Source: an uncultured delta proteobacterium
GTDB lineage: Bacteria > Desulfobacterota > Desulfobacteria > Desulfobacterales > B30-G6
Assembly (NCBI GenBank): GCA_963823335.1
Contig: CAWGLD010000006.1
Span: 96,001 to 160,000, forward strand
Direction: 5' to 3'
DNA: 64,000 nt
In this document: piece after piece, positions 1-10,079 of the stretch
Position numbering within the stretch: the first letter of the stretch is position 1
How the letters are laid out: each line of letters begins with the position of its first letter
Notes under the pieces: model-generated
The model's database searches: none
Told to the model about the DNA's origin: nothing
What the model saw: the letters and a program-made list of their open reading frames with translations, nothing else
Program-made: the position numbers and the translations under genes

Positions 1-1106
1 ATGGTAACCCCGAACCAGATGGGGTCGTATCCAAGTTCCATGGCTACAGGAAAGAAAATAGGGATTGTGATCAAGAGCAGTGCCAGGGCATCCATCACCG
101 CACCACCCACAATATATATGGCAAAGATAATTGCCATGATGGCCATGTCAGGAACCGGCAAGCCTACAACCCAGGAGGCGATGTCATAGGGTATCCGGGT
201 TACCGCCAGAAATCGACCGAATATCATGGCACCGGCCACGATAACGATCACCATACAGGAGACCCGGATGGTATCGGTGATGGCCCTCAGAAAACCCTCC
301 CAACTGAGTTTTTTCTGAATCACACTGAGCAGGACGGCGAAAAGAGACCCAACGGCACCGGCCTCGGTGGGTGTAAAAAAGCCGAAATAGAGACCCATCA
401 TCACCAGCATGAACAGAATGGCCATTTCAAAGGCACCCGAGAGACCCTTTATCTTTTCGACAAAGGTGGTCCTGGGTCCCACCGGCCCCCAGTCCGGATG
501 CATTGTGCAGACAACATAGACCGTCAGAATCAGCAAAACCGCCAGAACAACTCCGGCACCGATTCCGCCGTAAAACAGGCGGGCAATGGACTGTTCAGTG
601 GAAAGCCCGATGACGATCAGCACTACGCTCGGCGGTATCACGACACCTAGTGTCGAGCCGCATGCTATCGCTCCTGTACTCAGACGTGAATCATAGCGGT
701 ACTTTTTCATCTGGGGGAGCGCTACCGTGGTCATGGTGGCTGCAGTGGCTGCATTGGAACCGCAAATAGCTGAAAACGCCGAACAGGCCATGATGGTGGC
801 CATGGCCACGCCGCCACGAATCTGGCCCACCCATTGATAGGCCGCTTTGTACAGTTTCTCGTTGACACCCGAATAAAATGCGATCTGCCCCATGAAAATA
901 AACAAAGGGATGACGGTCAGGCCATATTTGGAAAAGGTCTCCCACAAAACGGAGCCCAGCATGTTCAATCCTGCCTTGAAAGAGATAAGATAGCAGAACC
1001 CGCAGAATCCCACGATGCCCATGGCGAAGCCCACAGGAGTACCGAGCAAGAAGAGCATCAACAAGAGGATGACGATGCCGAGGATACCAATAGCAGCTGG
1101 CGTCAC
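1..1106 (-). CDS. dctM: TRAP transporter large permease (DctM), 3' end beyond window start
   Basis: Not in the ORF track because it has no stop in the window. GTG at 1106 overlaps the dctQ TGA (GTGA) and follows GGAGG. Hydrophobic product with GSTLGVVIPPS and GFFTPTEAGA motifs typical of DctM. Confidence 0.9.
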   Translation of the reverse strand, partial: MTPAAIGILGIVILLLMLFLLGTPVGFAMGIVGFCGFCYLISFKAGLNMLGSVLWETFSKYGLTVIPLFIFMGQIAFYSGVNEKLYKAAYQWVGQIRGGVAMATIMACSAFSAICGSNAATAATMTTVALPQMKKYRYDSRLSTGAIACGSTLGVVIPPSVVLIVIGLSTEQSIARLFYGGIGAGVVLAVLLILTVYVVCTMHPDWGPVGPRTTFVEKIKGLSGAFEMAILFMLVMMGLYFGFFTPTEAGAVGSLFAVLLSVIQKKLSWEGFLRAITDTIRVSCMVIVIVAGAMIFGRFLAVTRIPYDIASWVVGLPVPDMAIMAIIFAIYIVGGAVMDALALLLITIPIFFPVAMELGYDPIWFGVT

Positions 1107-1594
1107 GATTCTGCCTCCTTGGTGGAAATGAGCTGTTTTAAGAAATCCGTAAGAAGAATCAATGCGAGCACCCCACACCCAAGGGCGACCGCATACGTGA
1201 ATGGGTAGTAGATGATTCTGAGGGTTTCCGTGACTTCACCGGTACTTCTGAGGGTATTGGCTTTTAATGCCAGCTGCCAGCCGGCCAGGATAAAAAATAC
1301 GGAACACATAGCATTGTTGACTGCCGCAAGAACCCAACGGGTCTTGGGAGGAAAGACATTTACCAGTACATCCACGGCAATATGGCCTTTTTTGATCTGT
1401 GTGTAGGCCAAGGCAAAGGCTGTCAAAAGCGCTCCTGAAAATCCCATCAGTTCATATGTCCCGCTGATGGGCACCCAGAACATACGAAAAACAATATTGG
1501 CACATGTCAACAGAACCATGACAATCAGAACAAGGCCCGCCAGAAACGTCAGTATTTTGTTAAGGTACGCTGTAATCTTCGTTAAATAGTTCAT
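1103..1594 (-). CDS. dctQ: TRAP transporter small permease (DctQ)
   Basis: 163 aa, four hydrophobic segments, GHIAVD motif, lies between dctP and dctM. Confidence 0.9.
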   Translation of the reverse strand: MNYLTKITAYLNKILTFLAGLVLIVMVLLTCANIVFRMFWVPISGTYELMGFSGALLTAFALAYTQIKKGHIAVDVLVNVFPPKTRWVLAAVNNAMCSVFFILAGWQLALKANTLRSTGEVTETLRIIYYPFTYAVALGCGVLALILLTDFLKQLISTKEAES

Positions 1595-1600
1595 GATACA

Positions 1601-1676
1601 TCCGAAGCACGAAATTCGAAATACGAAACAATACTCAATGTTTGGATTTGTTTCGTATTTCGATATTCGAATTTAG
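1601..1676. repeat. 7-bp-period inverted tandem array (GCACGAA/ATTCGAA/ATACGAA ... TTCGTAT/TTCGATA/TTCGAAT)
   Basis: Heptamer units followed by their reverse complements; same unit family at ~61390-61541. Confidence 0.8.
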
Positions 1677-1698
1677 AGTTTTCTTTCGGCCGTACGTT

Positions 1699-2724
1699 TT
1701 ACTTTCCAGCGTGTTTTGCGGTGAGCGCTTTGATGTCGTTCACAATGGCTTCACCGGGATAGCCCTTTTCCGTAGCACTTTTGATCCAGTCTTCAGTCAT
1801 AAAGGTAAGTTTGGCATCCCATTTGGCTTTCTCTGCAGAAGACAGGCGGATGAATTCCACACCCTGTTCTTTTTGCGACCATGCATTGGCCTCTTTCACG
1901 TGATTGTCCATATACGTGCCCGTCCAAAGGGCCTGCTCCACACGCAGGTTTTCAATCACTGCCTTGACATCATCGGGCAATGCATTCCATTTTTCGATAT
2001 TCATGACCACCGCAAATGGATAGATGACCGTATCGGTTTGGGTAACATATTTACAAATTTCTGCAAATTTAAAATCTTTCATGACCTCCGTGGAGGTAAA
2101 GAGACCCTGAACAACACCCTTTTGCAGGGCTTCGGGTGTTTCAGACATGGGCATACCTACCTGGTTGGCACCCCAGGCTTTAAGGATCTGGGCCGCCCCA
2201 CCAGAGGCTCTTAAGTCCAGGCCTTTGATATCATCAAGGGTTCTTACCGGTACTTTGGACATGATATTGGCGGGTGCTGTGGTAAACATGGTCAGGACCC
2301 GGACCTTGGCAAAAGATGTGGGCAGGTATTTCTGATAGAGATCCCAGAGTACCAGACTACCGGTTTTAGCATCGGGCAATCCCAATGGAAGGCTGGTGGC
2401 GTTGGTGGTGATAAAACGGCCGGGCTGATAGGCCATGCAGAGGCAACCGATATCTGCCGTTCCGGCGATGACACCGTCCATCATGTCCATGGCACCCAGG
2501 AGGGTTCCACCCGGGTATGTGTTGATGGCGACTTTGTTGGCAGTTCTTTGCTCAACTTCCGTTTTCCAGCGTTCCATTTGAACACAGGGAAATGTCGGGG
2601 CCGGTGGAAAATTGGCATAGCTGAGTTTTATGGATCCGGCCAGCGTCATTGTCGGCGTCAAAAAGGTCGCGACAAGGGCAGCAGCAAAGAAAATGGTGCC
2701 TAAAAGAACAATATTTTTCCTCAT
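1699..2724 (-). CDS. dctP: TRAP transporter periplasmic substrate-binding protein (DctP)
   Basis: Signal peptide; YPGGTLLG, DIKGLDLR and PMSETPEALQKGVV motifs; GGAGG RBS. Confidence 0.92.
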   Translation of the reverse strand: MRKNIVLLGTIFFAAALVATFLTPTMTLAGSIKLSYANFPPAPTFPCVQMERWKTEVEQRTANKVAINTYPGGTLLGAMDMMDGVIAGTADIGCLCMAYQPGRFITTNATSLPLGLPDAKTGSLVLWDLYQKYLPTSFAKVRVLTMFTTAPANIMSKVPVRTLDDIKGLDLRASGGAAQILKAWGANQVGMPMSETPEALQKGVVQGLFTSTEVMKDFKFAEICKYVTQTDTVIYPFAVVMNIEKWNALPDDVKAVIENLRVEQALWTGTYMDNHVKEANAWSQKEQGVEFIRLSSAEKAKWDAKLTFMTEDWIKSATEKGYPGEAIVNDIKALTAKHAGK

Positions 2725-2762
2725 GATAGATCCTCCTTTTGAGATTAGAGATTTGTTCTAAA

Positions 2763-2908
2763 TAGAAGCCATCTCAAAAAAAGGGTTTTGGCTCAAGTTC
2801 AAGGCGGGCCCGAACTTCAACCCGCAGGCATACTCAAGTATTCCGAGGAGTTGAAGCAAGGGACCAACACAGAAATTGGGCTAAAAAACTTTTTTGAGAT
2901 AGCTTCTA
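2763..2908. mobile_element. 146-bp non-autonomous MITE, copy 1
   Basis: Terminal inverted repeats TAGAAGC(C/T)ATCTCAAAAAA with TA at both ends; near-identical copy at 14557-14702. Confidence 0.85.
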
Positions 2909-2930
2909 ATGTGTTATTTTAAGTTACCTC

Positions 2931-5255
2931 CTAGCACGGCTGTTCTTTTTCGGTCAGGGGGTCGATGCCGCAGGAGTCGATACCTTTTTTCTTTTTTATC
3001 TCAGCCAGCACTCTCTCAGGTGTTATGGGAAGATCCGTAATCCGCACACCGATGGCGTCATAGATGGCGTTGGCAATTGCCGGGGCGGTGGGCACACAAC
3101 CTGGTTCGCCGATTCCTTTGGCCCCATAAGGCCCGTCCGGGTCAATGGTTTCAATGACCACAGGTGTCAAGGGGAACGCATCCTTGGCGGTAAGTATTTT
3201 GTAATCGCGAAAATCAGGATTCATGTTACGTCCTTTTTCGAGTATCACCTGCTCGGTGAGGGCATAACCGACACCCATCATAACCCCCCCATGGACCTGG
3301 CCGTCCAAAAGCATGGGATTGATGGCCCGGCCAACATCATGGGCAGCAACATAATCGAGAATTTCAACTTTTCCGGTTTCTTCATCTACCTTCAACCGTA
3401 CGCCGTGGGTCCCGAAGGCATAGGTCATGGAAAGGTTTCCCCGAAAATCTCTACCCATGTTTTCATTTGCGGGATCATAAAAATAATCGGCCATCATCAT
3501 GGTACCGCCGTGGCTGAAATGAGCCTTTCGAAGCAGTTTGGCAATCGAGATGCTCTTTTCGGGATCGTCCTGGACAAACACATGCCGATTTTGAAGACGG
3601 AGTTTAGCTTGTGGTACACCCAGAGCCCCGGCACCCATTTCTAAAATACGGGTCCTGATTTTTTCTGCAGCTCCAAGTGCGGCATTTCCCGCCACAAAAG
3701 TCGTCCGGCTGGCGTGGGCACCTACATCCCAGGGACAAATGTCACTGTCGTGATGAATAACATGGATATCGTCAACCTCAAGACCCAGGTGTTCAGCTAC
3801 TATTTGGGCCAGCACCGTATCGGCACCCTGCCCCATGTCCGAGGCGCCTGTAAAAACATCGGCTTTCCCGAAGTCATCCAGCTTGATAATTGCACCGCAG
3901 CCATCGGATTTATATATTCGGGCGCCACCCCCGACATGAATTAAAGAAGCGATCCCTATACCTTCTCCTGCAGCTCTGGGTTTATCAAGGTGCAATGCCT
4001 TTTCAACCGCGTCAATACATTCCGGTAAACCGCAGGTGGTAATTTTAAACCCCTGGGGCGTTTCGTCTCCGGGCTGATTGGCGTTGATCCGTCGGATTTC
4101 CAGGCGATCGATACCAGCGGTTTCGGCCAATATATCCATGGCGCTTTCGATGGCAAATGTAGCCTGGGGATTGCCATAACCCCGCATGGCCTGGGAATAG
4201 GTATTGTTCGTGTAAACACATTTGGCCTCGTAACGAACATTGGGCACTCGGTAAAGAGATGTGATCGGCATCATCATCACCGATGGCGTGGTAACACCCC
4301 AGGAGGTATAAGCGCCATTATCCAGCACCATATTTATATCCCGGAACAGCAGACGACCCTGGGCGTCGCAACCCATGGCTATGTCGATGATGGTTGGCTG
4401 CCGGGTGGATGTGGCCTTAAACTCCTCATCCCGGTCAAACAAGATTTTCACCGGTCGGCGGGCCCGCCAGGCCAGCAAAATAGCCACATGTTCATAAGCA
4501 TAAGTGTCAAGTTTGCTGCCAAAGCCTCCCCCGATAACAGGCTTGATGACCCGTACGCGTTTATCAGAGATTCCCAACGCCTTGAGAGTCTCTTGAAAAT
4601 CCTTTTGCGCAAGGGATGGAATCTGGGTGTTGGTATGGATGGTTAGGTTGTTGTTATTGTCAAAGTCAGCGATGGCACCGCTGGTTCCAAGACAGCAGTG
4701 GGTGACCCATGTGGTTGTGAAGCGCTTTTCAACCACATGGGCAGCCTCTTTGCGAGCACTATTTACATCACCGTAGTGCAGCTTCCATGGCATTTTCAGA
4801 ATGTTCGTTTTATGGTTTTCGTGCACCAGTGGTGCGTCGGGTTGCATGGCCGTTATGGGATCGAAAACAGATGGCAGGGCCTGATACGTCACCTCGATTA
4901 AATCGATGGCCTGCTTGGCAATTTCCGGATCCGTTGCTGCCACGGCAGCTACTTCATCCCGGTAGGATCTCACCTTGCCGGCTTTCAAAGGAGGATTGTC
5001 TTTATAGACACCCATGCGGATATTGGGAATATCTTTCCCGGTGAGTACAACCCGAACACCACTGAGTTTCTCTGCTTCGGATGTATCAATGTTGACGATT
5101 CTGGCGTGCGGGTATTTGCTGTATAATAGTTTACCATAAAGCATGCCGGGTAGTTTGACATCCTGAATGTACTGAGCACGTCCCGTGGCCTTGTCAACGG
5201 CATCCAGTTTGGGCACCCGTTTGCCAACCGTTGAAAATTCCTGTTTTGTTTCCAT
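2931..5255 (-). CDS. Xanthine dehydrogenase-family molybdopterin-binding large subunit (candidate indoleacetyl-CoA hydroxylase, IaaIJK-like)
   Basis: GGGFGSK, AMRGYGNPQ, ASRTT, DVGRAINP and GAKGIGEPG (catalytic Glu) motifs; substrate inferred from context. Confidence 0.9.
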   Translation of the reverse strand: METKQEFSTVGKRVPKLDAVDKATGRAQYIQDVKLPGMLYGKLLYSKYPHARIVNIDTSEAEKLSGVRVVLTGKDIPNIRMGVYKDNPPLKAGKVRSYRDEVAAVAATDPEIAKQAIDLIEVTYQALPSVFDPITAMQPDAPLVHENHKTNILKMPWKLHYGDVNSARKEAAHVVEKRFTTTWVTHCCLGTSGAIADFDNNNNLTIHTNTQIPSLAQKDFQETLKALGISDKRVRVIKPVIGGGFGSKLDTYAYEHVAILLAWRARRPVKILFDRDEEFKATSTRQPTIIDIAMGCDAQGRLLFRDINMVLDNGAYTSWGVTTPSVMMMPITSLYRVPNVRYEAKCVYTNNTYSQAMRGYGNPQATFAIESAMDILAETAGIDRLEIRRINANQPGDETPQGFKITTCGLPECIDAVEKALHLDKPRAAGEGIGIASLIHVGGGARIYKSDGCGAIIKLDDFGKADVFTGASDMGQGADTVLAQIVAEHLGLEVDDIHVIHHDSDICPWDVGAHASRTTFVAGNAALGAAEKIRTRILEMGAGALGVPQAKLRLQNRHVFVQDDPEKSISIAKLLRKAHFSHGGTMMMADYFYDPANENMGRDFRGNLSMTYAFGTHGVRLKVDEETGKVEILDYVAAHDVGRAINPMLLDGQVHGGVMMGVGYALTEQVILEKGRNMNPDFRDYKILTAKDAFPLTPVVIETIDPDGPYGAKGIGEPGCVPTAPAIANAIYDAIGVRITDLPITPERVLAEIKKKKGIDSCGIDPLTEKEQPC

Positions 5256-5330
5256 TCCTTATCCGTTCCTTTGGTTGTATATCAAGAAAGGTTGCATTTT
5301 TATCTCATCTGGAAGCACATCAAAATCAGG

Positions 5331-5837
5331 TCAAGTTTGGTTCTTCCAGGCTACGACTTTCACATCCTGTGACCCTTTATCTACAGCGGCCTGGATGGAT
5401 TCGAATATCTGGGTATAGCCGGTACAACGACAAAGATTACCGGCCAGAGCGTGTTTGATGTCGCCCAGCGCGGGAGTCGGGTTTTCATCCAGAAGAGCCT
5501 TAGACGACATGATCATGCCCGGCGTACAAAACCCGCATTGAATACCGCCGTGTTCCACAAATGCACGCTGCAGCGTGTGCAGAGTGCCGTCTGCGCCCGA
5601 CAGTCCTTCAATGGTCGTCAAGACCCGGTCATTGACTTCTGCCGCCAAATACAGGCAGCTGTTGACAGCCTGGCCGTCGATAATGACGGTACAGGCACCG
5701 CATTCGCCACTGCCGCAGCCCTCTTTGGTTCCGGTGAGTCCCATTACCTCTCTAAGCAGATAAAGCAAGGTCCAATGATCCTCTATCTCCATCTGGATAT
5801 CATTACCGTTTAGATTGAACTGTATCTTTGTGGACAT
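5331..5837 (-). CDS. Xanthine dehydrogenase-family 2x[2Fe-2S] small subunit
   Basis: GCGSGECGACT, QCGFCTPG and NLCRCTGY motifs; ATG at 5837 follows GGAGG (the ORF track start 5879 is likely too long). Confidence 0.93.
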   Translation of the reverse strand: MSTKIQFNLNGNDIQMEIEDHWTLLYLLREVMGLTGTKEGCGSGECGACTVIIDGQAVNSCLYLAAEVNDRVLTTIEGLSGADGTLHTLQRAFVEHGGIQCGFCTPGMIMSSKALLDENPTPALGDIKHALAGNLCRCTGYTQIFESIQAAVDKGSQDVKVVAWKNQT

Positions 5838-5897
5838 GTACAAACCTCCAAGGAATTTGAAGTATGTCGCAGCAGGCAAAGAGGAATGCGCTGGCTG

Positions 5898-6779
5898 CTA
5901 ATATTTTTCTTCGATTCGCCTTAGGCACAGCATACCCATTCTTCGAACAAACACAGACACCATTTCACGGCGGTACCAGGCTTGTCCACGGGTGCTGTCT
6001 CGTACCCTGGATTCTTCGGCTGCGATTTTTCCAGCTTCAGTCAGAATATTTTCATTTAGCGCCTTGCCCATGAGAAATCGCTCGGCGCTGAGGGTTCGCA
6101 GCGGAGTGGGTGCGGCTACCCCTAGACAGATTCGGGCTTTTCGACAAGTAGCTGTATCCTGATCCAAGGTCAAGACAATACCCACACCGATAAGGGGTAG
6201 TTCCATTGCAGCCCGCCGGCCGAGTTTTTGATAAGCGCCGCCGGTATGAGGGGGCTGGGGTGGAATGACAATTTCAGTCAGGATCTCACCTGATTCCATT
6301 ACGGTTTGCCCCGGCCCCTCAAAAAAGTGAATCAGATCCACAGTTCTTTCACCGTTTGGGCCATATATTTTAGCCACCCCGTCGAGAGCGATCAAAGGAA
6401 TGGCACCGTCTGCCGACGGTACGGCGTTGACGAGGTTGCCGCCGATAGTGGCCACATTTCGAATCTGCGTAGATCCTATGTGCTGCACAGCATCGTGGAT
6501 GATGGGATATTGATTTCGGATGAGAACGGAGTTTTCCAGGGTTCGGTGAGTTGCCAAGGCACCGATAATCAGTTCATGAGTGTCCGGATTGATCTGCACC
6601 CGTTCCAGACCCGAAAGATGTTTTAAAGAGATGAGATAATCAGGGGCGATCTTTCCTTGTTTCGCCTTGACGATTACATCGGTTCCTCCGGCCACGTACA
6701 TAACGCGATCACCATGGGACTCAAACAAGGACACCGCTTCATCGAGTGTTTGGGGCACAAGGTAAGTAAATGTTTTCAT
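5898..6779 (-). CDS. Xanthine dehydrogenase-family FAD-binding medium subunit
   Basis: AGGTD and IRNVATIGGNL motifs; no Cys-rich [4Fe-4S] insertion. Confidence 0.92.
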   Translation of the reverse strand: MKTFTYLVPQTLDEAVSLFESHGDRVMYVAGGTDVIVKAKQGKIAPDYLISLKHLSGLERVQINPDTHELIIGALATHRTLENSVLIRNQYPIIHDAVQHIGSTQIRNVATIGGNLVNAVPSADGAIPLIALDGVAKIYGPNGERTVDLIHFFEGPGQTVMESGEILTEIVIPPQPPHTGGAYQKLGRRAAMELPLIGVGIVLTLDQDTATCRKARICLGVAAPTPLRTLSAERFLMGKALNENILTEAGKIAAEESRVRDSTRGQAWYRREMVSVFVRRMGMLCLRRIEEKY

Positions 6780-6839
6780 ACGTTCCTCTATACATCACGT
6801 TGGGATAGATTGATATCAGTTAATCCGCAAACTATCATT

Positions 6840-8132
6840 TTATACAGGTCTGTTGTCAAATACACGTTTAGATTTTCGCTCCGACCTCGGCAAGGAGCAG
6901 GTATCGAGCAACTCTACTTCGCAGCTTACCATGATACTGTTTTTAATTTTACGACAAATGGAAGCCTCGAGTTCCCTGGCCTGTTCGGCGTCGGTATCTG
7001 ATCCACATTCCACACGAAGCGTCATGGTATCTTTACCGTTTGATTCCCGTTCAAGTATCACCTGGTACTCACAGGATATTTCAGGTATGGAGGAAAGAAC
7101 TTCATCAATCTGGCCCGGATAAATGTTAACGGCCCGGAAAATAATCATATCGTCCGAACGCCCCAAAATGCTGTCATGCATGGGAAGCAGGTTGCCGCAA
7201 GAACAGGGTGACGGTATCATGCGGGTCAGATCTCGTGTACGATACCGTATCAAGGGTGATGCCTCCTTGCACAGGGTCGTAACCACCATTTCACCGACCT
7301 CACCCTCGGGTACCGGTTCCAGGGTTTCCGGATCGAGAATTTCAAGGAGGTAATAATCGGCCCAGTAGTGAATACCTTCATGCCGGGAACATTCAAGACC
7401 GGTGCCTGGTCCATAGAGCTCGGTCATGCCCGGGATATCAAACATGTCTTCCAGGCCAAGCAAGGTCTTGATACGCTGACGCATGGCATGACTACTTCTT
7501 TCAGACCCGAAAATCATTTTCTTTAAGACTATTTTATCTTTCAGATGCCGTCTTTCGATCTCTTCCGCCATGAGAAGAGCCATGCTTGCGGTGCAACACA
7601 TAACCGTTGTTTGCAGATCCACCAGAAACTGACACTGCATATCGATATTTCCAGGCCCGATGGGCAGCGCCATGGCACCGAAACGTTCACAGCCAAGTTG
7701 AAAGCCGACTCCCGCTGTCCAGACACCATAACCAACGGCGATCTGAACACGATCCTCCTGGGATAGTTCAGCCATTTCGTAGCAACGCGCAAAAAAATGG
7801 CCCCAGTCATCGACATCTTTGCGGGTGTATGCCAGAATTTTTCGTTTTCCGGTGGTACCCGACGATGCATGAATCCGAACCACTTCGGATTCTGGGACAG
7901 ACAAGAGGGGCAACGGGTACCCGTTTCGTAAATCCTCTGCGTTTGTAAAGGGCAGTTTTCGGATATCGTCCAGTGTGTGGATATCTTGCGGAGTTACCCC
8001 TGAGAGATCCATCATCTTTTTGTAAAATGCGGAACCCTCATACACATGGGATGCTGTCCATTGCAGGCCCTTCAACTGGTGTGCTTTCAACTCGTCTCGT
8101 GATTGAAAAGCCGGCATAAATGTTCTACTCAT
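6840..8132 (-). CDS. Phenylacetate-CoA ligase family enzyme (candidate indoleacetate-CoA ligase, IaaB-like)
   Basis: HASSGTTGK, RYRTRD and GRSDDM motifs of the PaaK family; located in the iaa-like operon. Confidence 0.88.
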   Translation of the reverse strand: MSRTFMPAFQSRDELKAHQLKGLQWTASHVYEGSAFYKKMMDLSGVTPQDIHTLDDIRKLPFTNAEDLRNGYPLPLLSVPESEVVRIHASSGTTGKRKILAYTRKDVDDWGHFFARCYEMAELSQEDRVQIAVGYGVWTAGVGFQLGCERFGAMALPIGPGNIDMQCQFLVDLQTTVMCCTASMALLMAEEIERRHLKDKIVLKKMIFGSERSSHAMRQRIKTLLGLEDMFDIPGMTELYGPGTGLECSRHEGIHYWADYYLLEILDPETLEPVPEGEVGEMVVTTLCKEASPLIRYRTRDLTRMIPSPCSCGNLLPMHDSILGRSDDMIIFRAVNIYPGQIDEVLSSIPEISCEYQVILERESNGKDTMTLRVECGSDTDAEQARELEASICRKIKNSIMVSCEVELLDTCSLPRSERKSKRVFDNRPV

Positions 8133-8187
8133 TTCACACCTCCTTCATCAAGATCTCGGCACATCTCTTCGGGAGAAATCGCGCAGT

Positions 8188-9954
8188 TCAGGTTTCCAGT
8201 GATGTTTGATCATCGCTCATGGAAGCGCGCAGTCTCCGGGTAGCATCTTGATCGGCTCTGAGAGACCCTGTGTCGATTACCACGCCATAATCGCTTTTAG
8301 CCTTTTCAACACTTACATATCCATATCTGACATCTCTTTCCACCGCAGGGATATCTCTTTCCAACGGGGCACCGAAACCACCTCCTCCGGCGCTCTGAAA
8401 ATCAATGGTGTCACCCGGGTCGCAAAGCGTCAGGCCACTGGGGTCTCCGGGATGATCGTTTTTCAGAAAGCGGGCCTTGGAGCCGTTTTTCCCGCCGAAT
8501 ATCCCCCTAGGCGGGTATCGAAAACGACCAGCCTGAACGGCAATGGCTACCGGTGGCTCTGGTGCAAGAGCATCATCCGGAACACGGACGCGCATGCGGC
8601 GGCCCAAACCACCCCTCTGCTTTCCGGCACCGCCTGAATCACAGATGAGTTCCCGTGCAAGCACCATCAGAGGTGTGTCGCTTTCCAGGATTTCAACCGG
8701 TGTGTTGGCACCATTGGCGGGGAAAATGGCACACTGGTGTCCATCTTTGGCCCGGCTCGCCCCCAGACCACCGCCGCGAATAATCATGGTGTGAAATGGT
8801 TTCCCGTCATGCCGTTTTCCATAAAATATATTGGTTTGGGCCGGTGTCCCGCCGCTGTCCGCAATTATCCGGTCCGGGACGGCAATGGAAAGCGCCCTGA
8901 AAACCATTTCGGTCATAAAATGACCTACCTGCATGCGTGCGGCAACGGCAGCCGGGAACCGGCAGTTAACAACGCTGCCCTCGGGTGCCGTCATGGTTAC
9001 CGGGCGAATGGCGCCTTCATTTATAGGAAGATCCGGGTCGAAGACACTTTTGATGGCCATAAAAACATAGGCATAGGTGAAGTTATAGACAACATTGACC
9101 CCCCAGTTGACCTGGGGAGATGTGTTTGAAAAATCAACCTGAATGTCACTCCCATTTACCGCAACTGTCAGACAGATATGAATGTCATCACGTTTTCCCG
9201 CCCCCTCGATGACGCCCTCGTAGGGGTATACACCATCGGGAATACGATCGATCGCCTGCCGCATACTCTGCTCGGTTCTCTGAATGATTTCATCGGCGAG
9301 TCCTTCGAGGTTATCGAGACCTTCATCCGCCAGCATTTCAATAATTTTTTCACCGCAGACATGATTTGCCGCAACCTGTGAGCGGATGTCGCCGGTAACC
9401 TCCTCGGGTGTTCGAACATTCCAGCGAATCATCTCGAGGACATCCTTATTCAGTACACCCGCATCGTACAGTTTGACACGGGGAATAAAAAGACCTTCTT
9501 CAAACACCTCACGATTATCAGACGATACCCGTCCGCCGATATCCGAGTGATGAAACACACACGCCGTAAAGGCCACCGGTCGTTTCTTGTAGAAGATGGG
9601 GCTCAGGACGCAGACATCGTTCAGATGGCCTGCCAGTAACCACGGGTCGTTTACGATGATCACGTCACCGGGGTGATATTCACTCAAGGGCAGTGCTTGA
9701 ATCACTTTTTTTACACCCAGCGCCATGGCACCGGCTTGTCCCGGCGTACAAAACGTGCCCTGAACCAGTTCTTGGCCCCTGTGATCTGTAAACATGCATG
9801 TGTAATCATGGGCATCACGCAGCAGGCTCGAAAAGGCTGTTCTGGCAACCGATGCATCGGCTTCATCCACGATGGATATGAGACGACGCCAGAGAATTTC
9901 GAGACGAATGGGATCGAATATCGATTTGATTGGGTGGCTTGATTCAGGTGACAT
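8188..9954 (-). CDS. Hydantoinase B/oxoprolinase subunit (candidate 2-oxoindoleacetate lactam hydrolase subunit)
   Basis: NDPW..GHLND, HHSDIGG, NTPVE, DSGGAG..RGGLG and GGGGFG motifs. Confidence 0.9.
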   Translation of the reverse strand: MSPESSHPIKSIFDPIRLEILWRRLISIVDEADASVARTAFSSLLRDAHDYTCMFTDHRGQELVQGTFCTPGQAGAMALGVKKVIQALPLSEYHPGDVIIVNDPWLLAGHLNDVCVLSPIFYKKRPVAFTACVFHHSDIGGRVSSDNREVFEEGLFIPRVKLYDAGVLNKDVLEMIRWNVRTPEEVTGDIRSQVAANHVCGEKIIEMLADEGLDNLEGLADEIIQRTEQSMRQAIDRIPDGVYPYEGVIEGAGKRDDIHICLTVAVNGSDIQVDFSNTSPQVNWGVNVVYNFTYAYVFMAIKSVFDPDLPINEGAIRPVTMTAPEGSVVNCRFPAAVAARMQVGHFMTEMVFRALSIAVPDRIIADSGGTPAQTNIFYGKRHDGKPFHTMIIRGGGLGASRAKDGHQCAIFPANGANTPVEILESDTPLMVLARELICDSGGAGKQRGGLGRRMRVRVPDDALAPEPPVAIAVQAGRFRYPPRGIFGGKNGSKARFLKNDHPGDPSGLTLCDPGDTIDFQSAGGGGFGAPLERDIPAVERDVRYGYVSVEKAKSDYGVVIDTGSLRADQDATRRLRASMSDDQTSLET

Positions 9955-9995
9955 AAATCAGTTTTATCCTATATGTAACAATGGATGATAAAAAT

Positions 9996-10075
9996 AGTTT
10001 TAAGTGTTAGGTTTTAAGTTTTAAGTTCCGCTAATGGCTGTTAGCTAACCTAACACCTAAAACTTAAAACCTAAA
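9996..10075. repeat. 7-bp-period inverted tandem array (GTTTTAA/GTGTTAG ... CTAACAC/CTAAAAC/TTAAAAC)
   Basis: Directly visible; same unit family at ~14019-14099. Confidence 0.8.
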
Positions 10076-10079
10076 TCCG

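Noticed and set aside
2931-6779. 4-hydroxybenzoyl-CoA reductase (HcrCAB)
   Set aside because: The FAD subunit lacks the Cys-rich [4Fe-4S] insertion characteristic of HcrB, and the context (hydantoinase, mutase) fits a hydroxylase.
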